Shown: positions 25,561 through 38,835 of the stretch, piece after piece | How positions within the stretch are numbered: the first letter of the stretch is position 1 | Layout of the letters: each line of letters begins with the position of its first letter | Assembly: GCF_018350175.1 (NCBI RefSeq) | Contig: NC_058368.1 | Coordinates: 190,776,001 to 190,840,000, forward strand | Direction: 5' to 3' | DNA: 64,000 bases | Source of the DNA: Felis catus | Taxonomy: Eukaryota | Program-made: the position numbers and the translations under genes | The notes under the pieces: generated by a model | The model's input: only the letters and a program-made list of their open reading frames with translations | What the model was told of the DNA's origin: nothing | Databases searched by the model: none

Positions 25561-26774
25561 GAGGGGAAGAGGTCTGGGCATTTTGCTGTTCAGGGACAGA
25601 CTTTCAGGTAAACCTGATTTCATGCCTTATTCCTGACTTCATATGACCAGAGGTCCTCTGGTCAAACTTTCTAGAAAACAATCTTCCTATCTTCTGTGAG
25701 GTTGGGAAGAGGTGCTTATTACCTAACTGGGTCAACTGGGAATAGATGGAGAGTCTAAGTGTATGGTCTTTATGCAGATTTTTGACCAGTCCAGGTGCAT
25801 TTTGACTTCTATGGGTAAAGACACTGCACTTAAAATACCTCATGGATAAGGGGCCCTGTCCCACTCACTTCACAGAGTGACTTTCAATCCTACAGGCATG
25901 TTTAGCTCTCATCTACCCTCTTTCCATCATTCTGTCTCCATGGTTTCCTCTCCCTTTCTCTGACCATGTACATTTACCCCTTTTCACTTTTGTTCTCCAT
26001 TTACTGTATTTTTCAGTGGGGTTTTTGAATGAAACAGAGACCTACCATTTCTCACTGCTGTTGTGTGTCTACCTCTAGAACCACCTTCTTAAGAACCATT
26101 AAGTTCTATAAGTACTATTGCCTTATTAAAAGGAAAGCAGGTTAAAATTGTGTATAAATCAAGAACAGGTAGTCTCTGTCCAGGACTCCAAAGCTTTCTT
26201 AAATTAAACATTTTACATACACTGTGTGAGTGCCTACAATATATACACTGTCCTATGCCCTGGAGAATGAGAAAGATACGGTCTTTATCTTTGAGAAAGC
26301 TCCTCACCCAGGAGAAGACTGAACTGATGCAAAATTATCATAACAATGATGTGACATCACTTCAGTGGAGATCTATCCTTTCCTGGTATAAAAGGCAGTG
26401 ATTTTAATATGTGCCTTTGATGGCAGCTGTATCACCACAATCAGTTCTGAAGTGATATGGCCTCTAGAAGTTACTTCTCTTGATAATCTTACATGGTAGT
26501 ATATTTTCCTTGCTCCCTGAGGAGCTAACAATCTGATCTGGGAATTTAGATAAACAGAGAAAACCGTAACACAGAACATAAGCACCTTCCATGTTCAGGG
26601 AAGGCTTCCACTCAGTGCAAAGTTCAGAGAGGGAAGGGACCAGTGTGGCTAGAGTTCTGAGGAGTCTTCCAAGAGCACAGTTCACTGGCTTCTGTATTTT
26701 AAGGGTGGTCTGCAATAGCACAGATTGCATCCAGTGTTAACTTAGCTCACAGGGGAGTCTGGCTCTTGTGGAAC

Positions 26775-27015
26775 GAGGGTTCAGGGTATGAGCTTTGGAG
26801 TCAGACTCCAGATTTGGGCTTGAATCACAAGCTCTGCTTTTTTTTTTGCTAACTGTGGGGCCTTAGGTAAGTCATTACATTCTTTGAGCCCCAGTTTCTA
26901 TGCTTATGAAATGAAGTTAAAGGCTACATATAATAGTGTTGAAATGAAGATTAAGAAAGACAAAACATATCAAGTGCCTTACATAATGGCTACCAAAATA
27001 CTTCATTAACTATAA
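26775..27015 (+). mobile_element. MIR SINE
   Basis: gagctttggagtcagac...ttgaatc...ccttaggtaagtca...gagccccagtttc..tgaaatg. Confidence 0.8.
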
Positions 27016-27044
27016 CAAAAACTACACAAAACCTACATGAGGAG

Positions 27045-28170
27045 GGCCCCTTGAAAAATAGCTGATTCTAGGACTGAGGCAAGAAACATACAAGAAGAAC
27101 CTGGAGCATCCTGTAGTGACAGAAAGAAAGGAAGTGCTGAAAAAAACAAAAAACCAAACAGAAAAACACTTCTTAATCATGGAAACATGTCAAAGGGACA
27201 CAGGAGACAACTGAAAGTGGGTGTAATGGCCAAAGCTGAAAGAATTTCAAAAAAATAATAGGATGAAGTATTGAATTATAACCCAAACACACCTTTCCAC
27301 ATAGCCTCTATGGCTAAATATTCACTAAATTTAAGAATAATTGTAGGAAATTCAGAGTGATAAGTGTGTAACATTCATAGTGATAAATGCCTACATCAAG
27401 AAATATAAAAGAAATCAAATAAACAATCTAACTTTGCATCATCCATTAGTCCAGACTGATAAAAATAAGTGACTGAATAGATAAATGTGATAGAATAAAT
27501 AAGTCTTTCATGTATAAGAATTCCAAACAATTTTCATAGTTAACTATGTTAACTGCCTACTCTTTAAAGGTGACTTTCTTTCAACGAGTACAGGATGGAA
27601 TGGAGAATGGTAACTTCCCAGTGGAGAAACTTGACAAACACTGCCTCAGCGAGGGGGATCCAGGTCAACATCAGCAGTGATAAGCCACGTTGATAGCTGC
27701 ACCTCTGATAGAGGTGAAGAAAATGATGCTTTACCTCTGTGGCCTTTCTCTTCAAAACCTGTAACACCCACCTAATAATGAGGAAAACACCATATGAATC
27801 TCAGTTGAAAGTAATTTTGTAAAGTACTTGACCAGGACTTTTCAAAATTGGTAAGGTCATCAAAACCAAGGAAAGTCCAAGAAACCATCACAGCTAAGAA
27901 GAGCCTTTTGAAGAAACAATGAAGATGAAATGTGATACGGTACTTTGGAGAAGACCCTTGGGCATAAAAAGGACAGTAGGTAAAAACCAAGGAAATCGAA
28001 ATAAAGAATGGACTGTAGTTAGTAATAAGGTATCAATACTGGTTCATTAATTTTGATAAATATACCATATTAATTTTGGATGTTAGTAATAGGGATACTG
28101 TGAGGTATATAAGAACATTCTGCACTATCTTTGCAACTTTTCTGCATATATACAACTATTTTTTTTAAGT
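27045..28170 (+). mobile_element. L1MC/L1MD-type 3' UTR fragment
   Basis: gctgattctaggactgaggcaagaaac...gtggagaaacttgacaaacact...caacatcagcagtgataag...gcactatctttgcaacttttctg. Confidence 0.85.
27374..27440 (+). mobile_element. Internal L1 ORF2 snippet embedded in the L1 3' UTR
   Basis: Translates FIVINAYIKKYKRNQINNLTLH, resembling L1 ORF2p FIALNAxIKK.ERSQINNLTLHL just downstream of the endonuclease domain. Confidence 0.75.
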
Positions 28171-28380
28171 TGCAATTTTTTTTGAAAGCTATATTAGGCT
28201 GCCAAATTCTAAGATCCAGAACTTCAGGAAGAGACCTTGGGAAGCCAGCCAATCTCTGAGGAGGCAGGAAGCTTACTACATTATGGACGTGTGATTTCAC
28301 TTTGATGTTGATAACATTAATGGGAAAGTCTCCCCTAAGTATATTTCCATGGGATTTTGTCATTAGGAATACTAAAATAT

Positions 28381-28581
28381 GGGCACCTGGGTGGCTCAGT
28401 TGGTTAAGGGTCCAACTCTTGATTTTGGCTCAGGTCACAGTCTTACAGTCCGTGGGATTGAGCCCCACATCAGGCTTTGTGCTGGCAGCACCGAGCCTGC
28501 TTAGGATTCTCTCTCTCCTGCTCTTTCTGCCCCTCCCTGCTTGCTGTCTCTGCCTCAAAATAAATAAAGAACATAAAAAAA
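28381..28581 (+). mobile_element. CanSINE, full length
   Basis: gggcacctgggtggctcagttggttaag head; perfect TSD aggaatactaaaata 28365-28379 / 28582-28596. Confidence 0.95.
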
Positions 28582-29429
28582 AGGAATACTAAAATAAACA
28601 ATAGTGTAGAGGTCTCTCACAGATAGTTCTTCACACATGGCTCTCTATCCATTATCATTCCTTCCCTGCTCAGCCTACAGAAAACACTGTAATCACAAGT
28701 AACCATTTCTTTGCCATAGGTTTCACAATGTACTGGCTCCAGTGACCAAAGTTCATTAAGTAATACTAGAGAAATTTAAGCTGACACCAACTTAGATTTG
28801 TATTAAAATCATTTCCAAAGGATAGTTTGTAAGTTTATCTTTAGTAAGCCTCAAAATCCTCTATTATCTATTATCTATTATTAATGTCAAGAGGATGCTT
28901 TAGTTGTCTCTGAATCTACCCTTTGCAAAGCATGAGAAGTATTTTTTAAAAAAATAGCAGAGTATGGTTAGTTTTTATTTTACTTTAGAATATCTTTTTA
29001 TAATGATGCTTGGGTAGATTTCTATTGTCTTGAAAAGTTTTCCAGTCATGAATAATGAAGCTACACTCTGAAGCGCTTACTCAAAATAAGCCGGGAACTG
29101 GTCCAGTTTTTCCATTGTAGTGTTCCTGTTCAGCCACTCTCTGCACTGTGCCCCAATTTGGGTGCATTTAGGTCTCTCTCAATATTTAACTAAGTTGAGC
29201 TGCTCTGTTCAATGACTCCTTTGAGGTATCATGTTAGCATGTCACCAGTGGAAGGGGACTGCCAGATTTTCTAGTGCCTGGCACATTCCTGGCACCCACT
29301 AGATTTTCAATAAATATTTGCTGAATAACTGAATGCCCAGATCAAATTAAGAGTCAACAGAGAGTGAGAGCTGTCAACAAAAGAAGTAATTAAATGGAGG
29401 TTGACACCAACTGTCAAAGAGAGTTTTCA

Positions 29430-29649
29430 GGGGTGCCTGGGTGGCGCAGTCGGTTAAGCGTCCGACTTCAGCCAGGTCATGATCTCGCGGTCCGTGAGTT
29501 CGAGCCCCGCGTCAGGCTCTGGGCTGATGGCTCAGAGCCTGGAGCCTGTTTCCGATTCTGTGTCTCCCTCTCTCTGCCCCTCCCCCATTCATGCTCTGTC
29601 TCTCTCTGTCCCAAAAATAAATAAACGTTGAAAAAAAAAATTTTTTTAA
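29430..29649 (+). mobile_element. Young full-length CanSINE (Felis-type)
   Basis: ggggtgcctgggtggcgcagtcggttaagcgtccg..., B box gagttcgagccc, many intact CpGs; perfect TSD aaagagagttttca 29416-29429 / 29650-29663. Confidence 0.97.
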
Positions 29650-29974
29650 AAAGAGAGTTTTCAATAGGCAAGTCGTTAAGCATGGTTGAAGTGATAGTCC
29701 ACACACAGAAAACCAAGCACGGTGGGAGGAAGCAGTGTGGATATATAATCAACGGATATCTGTGTACCACCTTATGGAATGCAACGAGCTGCAGGTAATA
29801 CAAATGAGATTTGAGATGTTGAGTCTCTAGATGACAGGGAGAAGCAGGGGCACAAATAATTACCCCAAATTCTTACTGACATAAAGGTTAAATTATGCTT
29901 GAATCTTCCCTGGGCTTGCAGCATCCATCTAACCTGAGCTATGGAACATGTCCTCTTTCAACTGCCCCTAATCA

Positions 29975-30620
29975 ACTCATTCCACTAACATTTTAAAGGT
30001 ATATGTTCTAGGCATAAAACAGTGTGCCAAGTATGAGCAGGTGGCCTCTGCTCTCCTGGAGTGTACATACCACCTGGAAGGGGACATGGACAGGAAATTA
30101 AGAGTCCCATAAATGATTATATCCTTGCCATTGCAATGAGTGCAATGAACACAAAGTTGTAGGTGAAATGAGAGCAATCAGGGAAGGTCTTTCTAAGGAA
30201 GAGACACTTTGGCTGAGAACACAGGGATAAGTAGATGTTAGGTGAATGGAGAAGAGAGAGAACTTTTTAGACAGAGAAATAGGCAAGTATACAAGCCCTG
30301 AGGCAGGAAGGAGGTTGGTACATAAAAGGGGCAGAGAAGGGGTGCCTGGGTGGCTCAGTCGGTTGAGCGTCCAATTGTGGCTCACAGTCATGATCTCACA
30401 GTTCATGGATTCGAGCCCCGCATCAGGCTCTATGCTGATGGCTCAGAGCCTGGGGTCTGCTTCAAATTCTGTGTCTCCTTCTCTCTCTGCCCCTCCCCTG
30501 CTCACGTTTTGTCTCACTCTGTTTCTCAAAAATAAATAAATGTAGAAAAAAAATAAAAAAAATAAATAAAAGGGGCAGAGAGAAAGGCCCATGTGGTTGG
30601 AGACTGATGATCAAGGGATG
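29975..30620 (-). mobile_element. L2 3' region (reverse) interrupted by a CanSINE
   Basis: tcattccactaacattt...ctctgctctcctggag...agggaaggtctttctaagga...gccctgaggcagg; resumes ggcccatgtggttggag. Confidence 0.65.
30339..30565 (+). mobile_element. CanSINE, full length
   Basis: ggggtgcctgggtggctcagtcggttgagc head; perfect TSD ataaaaggggcagaga 30322-30337 / 30566-30581. Confidence 0.95.
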
Positions 30621-31378
30621 GAGGGAAACCAATCCCCCGGTGCTGCCATCAGTTCTGTTACCTCTGCCCACGCTGTCCTCTGATGAACGGCAATGTTTAG
30701 TTTGATGTAAGAAAACTCATTTGTTTCTTCTTAACGATAGTTTCTTGGGGTATCATAAAGAAACCCTTTCCTGTCCTAGTTCATTCTTTATATTCTCTTC
30801 TAAAAAACACTTGAGTTTTACTTCTCATACTAAGTCTTCATTGTCCCTGGAATCCCCTTTTGTACATAGTTTAGGTGAGAACCCAAATGAAAGCCATTTT
30901 CCTTAATGCTACTTACCAAGAGAATGTTAATTTCTCCACTGATATGTGGTGCCACCTTCATCATACATTAATTCCCAAATATATAGGAGTCTGTCTTAGA
31001 GACTTCTGGTCTCTTCATTTTCTGCCTGTTCCTATACCAATATGTAGTGTTTTATTTCTGTGGTTTGTGATATGCCTAAATATCTGTCCACCCTCCTTGC
31101 TCTTTTATGGGCCATTTAAATGATACTTCTGTATTTAGAAAGACAACATTAACACTCAGGTAATAATTCAAAACCATTATGAGATCAGAGACAGACTACA
31201 CAGGCAGCACTTGAAAATGTTCACTGTCCTCTAATATTATCTTGGGTGACAATTTCATCTTCACACTATATAAAATAATACCTGAGTAACTGTCTGAACC
31301 TTCTTCCTAAGATTTCCCAGTGTTCTGTAGAAAACTCTTCCATAACATGTGAGTAGCCATTCTTAAAAATAAAAAACT

Positions 31379-31578
31379 GGGGCACCTAGGTGGCTCAGTT
31401 GGGTAAGGATCCGACTTCGGCAAAAGTCATGATCTTGACATTCGTGGGTTTGAGCCCTGAGTTGGGCTCTGTGCTGACAGCTCGGAGCCTGGAGCCTGCT
31501 TTGGATTCTGTGTCTCCCTCTCTCTCTTCCCCTCCCCTGCTCATGTTCTGTCTCTCAAAAATGAATAAACGTAAAAAA
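31379..31578 (+). mobile_element. CanSINE, full length
   Basis: ggggcacctaggtggctcagttgg...gagcctggagcctgctttggattctgtgtctccctctctct...aataaacgt(A)n. Confidence 0.93.
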
Positions 31579-34299
31579 ACACAACTGACCAAGAAAGGGT
31601 TTTTTTTTTTGGGGGGGGGGCAAAAAAGTCTAGGAAATTCAACATACCTCTCCCCTCCTTCTAGCTGCACAGTAAGTTACTACATTATCAGTTCTGAGAA
31701 GTCCTATATCAACATAATTTGGTTAGCTCTGTGCAGTAACAATTCTAAGATTTACTTAATAATGGATTATTTTTCCTTAAACCACATGTTAACACAAAAC
31801 ACTGCAGGACTCATTTTGGGAAATGCTACTTTATCGACTGCTTTAAATACATACATTAAGACCTAGATTATCTCTGGCTTCCTTTCTTTAAGACCACGAA
31901 CGGGCTTAGCAGAGGGTCTGATGCATGATGGGCTCTCAATAATACCTGCTGCTGGCTAATGGCTACAATCCTAGCGAGCAAGTGTTACGGCCATTTTATA
32001 GATGAGAAGATTGAGGATAATTGTGGGGCATGAGTAGTCTGCACCTGCATGCTGGTGAGCTGCAGAGAGAGAGGACTCAGCACTCAGGATTCCAGACCTG
32101 AGCACTTGGCTCCTGTTCCACTGCCCTGGGATGTACAGTCTGAGCTGTAAGTAATGGAAGGAATACTTTGGTTCTGGTTGGCACAGTTAGGGGAATCTTC
32201 ACAGAAGGAGACACATGACACAGAGAGAGACTTCAGTGCAAGGAGACAGCTCAGGCTTTCCCCTGTGAGGTCAAGCAGATTCTGATAGCACAGCATTAAA
32301 ACTCAGCAGCCACAAGACCAAGATAGGCTTTCCTCATGGAAATTTCATTCCCCCTGATACACAAAGTAATATAGACGAAAATTGTTCCATGCTATTCTTT
32401 GCTGCAGAAACGCTGTAGGCCAAACTTGTCTGGCTTTTGGCCACATTTGCAAACAGGGCCCTTCTACCCATGGTGTCCTTATGATGGCCCGAGAGCACCC
32501 CCGGATCTGGGAGCACAAGTCCAGGCTTTGTGGCTGGCCCCCACACATTCCTCAGCTCTGTCTGCTCATGTTTCCCTCCCTCCATCAGCGAAGGCCTAAT
32601 TGCTTTGGATCTTGACCTTTCACAGAAGGGTGCATGGCATTCTACAGAGTCAAAAAAGCATCTCTCAGGAAGAGTCTGAGCGAAGATGACGTGAGTCTCT
32701 CACAAAGAAACAAGGGCAAGCGGAGGCTGGAATTGCTCACATGGAAAGAAAGACAATTGTTGCACAGGACTGGCTTCTGTTGTGGGAGAGTGGCAATGTC
32801 GGCCTAATGCCGACTGACTTGGTGGAGGCTTTGCCTCTCAAAAAATCAGTCGAGTGACATAGCCCAAACTGCTAACCTTGGGGTGACTCGAGCCCTTCTT
32901 TGTGATGTGCTGTCATGGTTATGTTGGGCGTGCGGGGGCACATGGCCCCTGTCTGAGACCCCATTTTTGAGCTAGTCTGTGTAGACCACACAGCCTCAAT
33001 TTCTCAACTGCAAAATGGGAATAATAACAATGGGCAACATACGGATAAGAACAGTACCTCCTTTACAGAACTTAAAAGATGAACTAAAATAGCATATACA
33101 AGGAATTTAGCATCATATTTGTTTCCTCAAACATGTATTTTTTGAAAGGGTGTTAGATCATTGATGTTGATGACTGATAAGCTCTGTCAGCCCTAGGAAA
33201 ATGGCAGAGATATTAGGAAGTGAAATGTTTCTGCTTTGTCCATGGTGGTTAAAAGCCTGATTGGGGGAAGGTGAGCGAGACACGGAACTCAGCTCTTCTA
33301 TATGCTGGCAGTGGGTAACTTAACCTGTGTCTCTGTCTTCTCATGTAGAGTGTGGGGAGAAAAGCGTCCACCTCAGGTTGCTGTGAGTAGAAAGATAATA
33401 TATGCACAACATACAGCATATGGTACGGTCATATGTGGTAACCATACCTGACATTAAAGAAGAAGGTCCTGCATAGCATTTTGTGTCTAGGCCGGGTAGA
33501 TAGCCGTCTGGTGTGTATAGGGAGGTATCGAAAGACACCTCGACTACAAAAGGTGTCTAAAGATCCTATGATAGAGGCTGCTCCTTACATGTAAGCCTTC
33601 CTTACCCGCTGCCATGAAGAACCTGGCTTGTGAAGAATGGAGACTGTTGATTCATGGAAATCTTTCCCCCCTGATACAAGGGGGAAACTCTTGATTTAAA
33701 ATGAGGACAGGAAGCACTAATTCCATGTGGGGTCCTAGACCAAGTGTGCCTGTGTGGGGAATTCATGAAGGATAGGCAGAAGGTAAGAGCGAGTATTCAA
33801 ACAAAATACTTCATACTTGAGGCAAGGTGTCTGTACTTTGTATCTACATAATTATCAAATTCACATAAAGGTGAAATAGGAATAATCCCCAGGTCACACA
33901 AAACCTGACCTAGACCTAGGCTCATAATTCAAATGTATGTAATGCTGGGACCTTCATGCCATGACCACGGAGTCCTTACAGCTCTTAAGAAGTGGCAGAT
34001 AACGATTTTAATTTTCTTGCTCAAAAAAAAAAAAGATGTGTTTGTATTATTTTCACAACCATAAAAAATCATGAATATATAATATTCTCATAATAATGAA
34101 TATCATGAATATAAAACAAAAATATGTTAAAATAACATAACATATTATTAAATAAAAAAATATTGAAAAGATAGGCAATATGTAAGTTTCTAAATTATTT
34201 TTGTGTGCTTTTAATATTCTTGGCAGGTCAAACATTTCTAATTTCTAGGGCAGGTCAAAGGGAGAGAAGTGATTTTGTCATTGTCACTAATCCTCTGAA

Positions 34300-35100
34300 A
34301 AGAAAGCTCAATTCTTACAGAATTGAGAAAAGAGAAAAAGTTAAAAAAAGAGAAATAAAGAAGGAAAAGAGAAAGAGAGAAAGGGAAAAGTTAAAAAAAA
34401 TGAAATAGAAAGCAAAGAGGATAGAGAAGAAACACAAACCGAGATGGTAGAAATTAAAACAAATCTATACTATGTATATAAAAATCAAAGAAAATACTAT
34501 TTATAAAAGAAGTAGTTAAAACAAAACCATATGGAAAGGCTGAAGATAAAGATAGGACCAAAATATATCCCATGTAAACACTTACTAAGAGCAAGCTGAT
34601 GTATCAATATTAATTCAGACAAAGCAAAAAGCAGTAATGCATAAGTAGGAACTACATGTAAAACTAAAAATCTATCAGGAAGCTATACAAATCATGACCA
34701 GACATGTAACTATCATTATAGCTTAGAAATATTAATTAAAAGTTGTCAGAAGCATGAGGTAAATTTGGCAAACCCTGGTGTGATATTTTAACAAAAATCT
34801 ATTAGAAAATTATAGACTCTGTCGACCAAATAATAGCACTAGGATGCTAATCTGAATAATAATATTTAACTTGTTTAATTTAATGGATATGAGAATTCTG
34901 CCCCCAACAAATAGCGGTTCTCCATTATTTTCAAATACACAAAAGCGTTCACAAAAATTAATGTTGGGCTAGTTCACAAAGGAATTTAAAAAAAAACAGG
35001 GTCATGTAGAACACATTTTCAGACTGCAGTGCAATTAAATTATAAATCAAAGAAAACAGATAATTAAGCCAATCTATCTTGGACATATGAAAAATAAAAA
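34300..35100 (+). mobile_element. Highly decayed L1 ORF2 (endonuclease-region) fragment
   Basis: A-rich; aaagataggaccaaaatatatcccatgtaaac...agcaagctgatgtatcaatattaattcagacaaag...ttttcagactgcagtgcaattaaattataaatca. Confidence 0.65.
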
Positions 35101-35109
35101 TAGCTGTTT

Positions 35110-35770
35110 CTGTCTATATTGATTTCCCTTTCACTCTTGCTCTCTTAATGTCTACCAGTTCCAAAGTGGCCAGAGTAATCCTTTTCAAATTCAAACATAT
35201 TATGTCACTCCCATGGGGGGTAGGTGGGAAATCCTTCAGTGGCTTTCTATCACAACTAAGGCTTAAATTAAGACTCGTACTATGAGACTCCATATGATCT
35301 GGTCTGCCACTATTTCTCTAATCTTTATTCCCTATCAGGTTCTCCTCAAACCCACTGTCATTTCTACTCCAGTGGCTTTGGCCTCCTATTCTTCAAACAA
35401 GTCAGGTGCCTTCCTCTCCTTAGCCTGGGGCCATTTGTACCTCCTATTCCCTGTGGCAGCAATTACCTTCCCCCAGATAGTCACTGCCACCCGCCCCTCC
35501 CCACCCCCCCCCCCGCCCCGATAGTCACAGCAGCCTCTTCATTCTCTACCCTTCGGAGAAAGAACATAGATGCTTTCTCTTTCTTTTAACTTAGCACAGC
35601 CTAATGTGTATTGTATGTCTATTTGATGGTGTTTTTGTGATCTGTCTCCTCCTACTACAATAAAAGATCCAGGAGGGCAGGGCCTTTGTTTTGTTCACCA
35701 TTGTGCCATCAGTGCCTAAAACAGAGTCTTGTACAAGGTAGGTGTGAAAAATGTCTATCAGATGAATGTC
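35110..35770 (+). mobile_element. L2 3' region
   Basis: gccagagtaatcctttt...atgtcactccc...ttcagtggctt...tctgtctccct..gagggcaggg..tcagtgcctaaaacag..gtaggtg...gatgaatg. Confidence 0.8.
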
Positions 35771-36519
35771 AAAGTCAACATGAGTTCACTGAATTAAGTA
35801 GTTGCTGGAAAGGTCAATACTCTTAGATTGTGGTACCTCAAATGCTGAAGACAGGAAAATATTCCTACTTTGCCATGTATAATCAGAGTACTTCTGGAAT
35901 ACTATATTCAGATCCAGACCCTATGCTTGCAAGCAGGAGACAGAAAGAGGCCAACAGCCAAGAGAGTAAATACAATATGATCCTGAAGTATATAAACATT
36001 GATGTATATACTTAAAATTAGCTTCATGGTATTATTTTATAATACATGATGTGCTCAATGACATTATGAATGTTCATTGTGGTGTTCCTTGCTAGCAATG
36101 CAGAATTCAAAGAACTGAAAAACTGCAATACATGTGGTGTATTAACAAATTTTCCTTAACTGTGCTGTTGTATCTTTGATGCATTGTCTCAGATGGTTTG
36201 TATGTTTTTTTCTTGAAGAAACCTGCACTTCTTGCCTATCAGAAGGGTCCAAATATGGGATACAGGTAGGTTGCTGCACATGTTTGCACATCCAGTCTAG
36301 CTTAAGACATGATTGACAAGGCAGTCCATCACCACCTCCAACAGGACAGTGGCCATCCTGTTGGAACCAATCTGAGTGACCTTCTACCTAGGCAAAAATG
36401 GGTATTAATTGGTCACTTAAATATTCAGATACGTCAATTAGTCACCTCTGTTTGCAGAATTTACAGTCACCCCATATATTTTACAATGCTTTTCATTGGT
36501 TCAATGGGGGTGCACTAGA

Positions 36520-36765
36520 GATTAGGGTCATTATGATATAGACTCTGGAATCAGACTATGTGAGTTTGAATTCTACCCTTACCTCTTAGAAGCCTCACAT
36601 AAACCTAAACACATTACTTCACTCCTCTACTGCACAGCTTCTACATCCATACAATAGAAATGTGACCCTGCTTTCTAGATCACTATGAGGATTAGATAAT
36701 GTCAGAAAACCATGAAAACTATGTCTGGCAGATAGCACACCCCAAAGCTACATTAGCTATTATTT
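36520..36765 (+). mobile_element. MIR SINE
   Basis: gactctggaatcagact..tgagtttgaatt...tatgaggattagataat...ctggcagatag...attagctattatt. Confidence 0.7.
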
Positions 36766-37604
36766 TGGCATGGCTAATAATAAATGTAATATCATTATCA
36801 CTATCCAACACCCATCAGTGATGGACCACCATCTCTGAGCTTAGTTCAAAATTTCAGGACAATATTGAATTTGCCACATGCAGGGGTCTACACATTTCAA
36901 AAAGGTGTATATCATACTTTGAATATTTACCTATTCTCATTTTATTTTGTTAAACATGATAATGTGTGGTCCCTATACAAATGGCAGTGTGATTGTTACT
37001 TTTATGTCAACTTGGACAGTATTTTGGATGAAATTTATATTCGAAGTTTGGGACTCAGCGGTATATAAGATGACTTGGGGGGGTCATAGAGCATGGTGCT
37101 ACATATATGAAAGTCACTGCCTTTCAACTCTCTTCTACCTTTCATGATGTTAAAGACAATGTCTAATTTTGGGCCCCCATTGACATTAATACATCTGCAA
37201 TACTTCCACATCTCCATTTTTATCAAAGACAGAGTTGATCTTAAGCTTATTCTCTCACTATTTATAGTTATTCTCTATGTCAGGCTTCTATTCATGGGAT
37301 ATCATGCTGGTTTTTCATGTAGTGTTAAATTTGCCTTTTAAAATATCAAAGGAAAACAGGAGTCATATAAAAGGAAAATATTAAGTAAAACTAGGAAGGA
37401 GGACCCGAATTATGCCAAGGGTACACAGAGGACTAAAATTCGAGTTAAGAAGGGCAGAGGGTATTCCAGCAAAGGCTAAAGGACCAGACCACCACATGGA
37501 TCCAGTCCACGTTGAGTGTGGGGACCAGGTAAGTTTTAAGATACGTTCCTTCCAATCTGAGACTTGATGATTCCATAACATGGTAGGTCCTTTAAAGTTG
37601 GTGT

Positions 37605-37652
37605 TTATCCTAATAATAATTATCCTAATAATCCTTATATTATCCTAATAAT
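37605..37652. repeat. Three copies of ttatcctaataat
   Basis: Direct read of the sequence. Confidence 0.85.
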
Positions 37653-38419
37653 AAATAGCATGCTATTATTTAAAACATGTAAAATAAGCCATGCAACTAA
37701 CTTTTAGAAGTAAACACTAGAAATATCCTTATTTTGGTAGACATCTCAGTTTTTTAAAACTGAGTTTATGCAAATTTTATTTTAAAATAAAGAGTGAATA
37801 AAACACTGAAAAAAAGAGAGAGAGAAAGATGTTCACTTCTTTGATTCATGTAATTTGGTCAACGGACATGTGTGGGACCATAATGATGGACAGGTCTATG
37901 ATATGAGTTGAAAGAGAATAATCCAGGGCTGGCAGGTTTTTCTTTAATTATTGAAATTGAAATGACTTTCACTTATAATTAGTTTTATATGTTCTTTGAA
38001 GAACTGTCAAATCGTGTTCCCCAAGGTTAGTATTTCAACAAATCTATTACTTGCTGTGGAAAGTAAAATTTTCACAAAACCTAAACACAACCTAAAAAAG
38101 CAAACTGCTGTTCAAACAAAATGATTAGCTTAATTGAGGACAAATGAGATGAAAATGTACAGTGGGAAGCATTCTGTATTTATGAGTCTATGGAAGAAAA
38201 GTCAACAGAAATTTCTGTTCTGTGAACTGTGGGACTGTCCTGTTTATTTAGACAAATCAGTTCCTGAGTCTGTGAGCCTTCAGATCTCTCTTCTACATAG
38301 TGTTGGAGCATGAAAGAGACTTTCTACTCTAAGTCTTTACTTGATTACAAAATGATGCGACCTCTAAAATTCAAGCAGTTAAGTCATTGTGCCATAAGGC
38401 TCTTAAAATGTGTTTTGGC

Positions 38420-38835
38420 TCATCAACAGATAAATGGGCAAACAAAATGTGGTATACACAAACAATGGTATATTTTTCAGCCTTTATAAGAAAATAAATC
38501 TTGACATGCCACAGAATGGATGGAGCTTGAAGATATTGTGTGAATAAAACAAGCTAGTTACAAAAGTACAAATAATGTATGGTTTCCCTTATACGAGGTA
38601 CCTAAAGAAGTCAAATTCAGATAGGAAGGAGAGTGGTGGCTGCCAGCAGGTGGGGGAGTGGGAGTGGGAGAGGGTTTAGTGTTTAATGGGTACAGAGATT
38701 CAGTTTTGCAAAAAACGTGCAGACATGGGTGGTGGAGAAGGCTGCAGGACGATGTGGGTAGGCTTAATGCCACTGATGTGTACATTTCAAAGTGGCATAT
38801 ATGTATTTTACCACAATTAAATATTTTAAAAAACA
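38420..38835 (+). mobile_element. L1MA/L1MB 3' end
   Basis: catcaacagataaatgggcaaacaaaatgtggtatac...tgtttaatgggtacagag.ttcagttttgc...tattttaccacaatt. Confidence 0.9.

Noticed and set aside
29394..31866. ORFs such as 29394-29624, 29477-29803, 30246-30539 and 31390-31866 with recurring peptides (WADGSEPGACF..., GVPGW..RLSV)
   Set aside because: They are translations of CanSINE sequence, not genes.
32334..32360. catggaaat..ccccctgatac resembles 33653-33677, and ttcattccccctga has a reverse-complement match near 50164
   Set aside because: Matches of about 14 bp are expected by chance many times in a 64-kb self-comparison.
33533..33595. 8-bp hairpin agacacct/aggtgtct and 12-bp palindrome cttacatgtaag
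   Set aside because: Short stems at chance frequency, with no supporting context.
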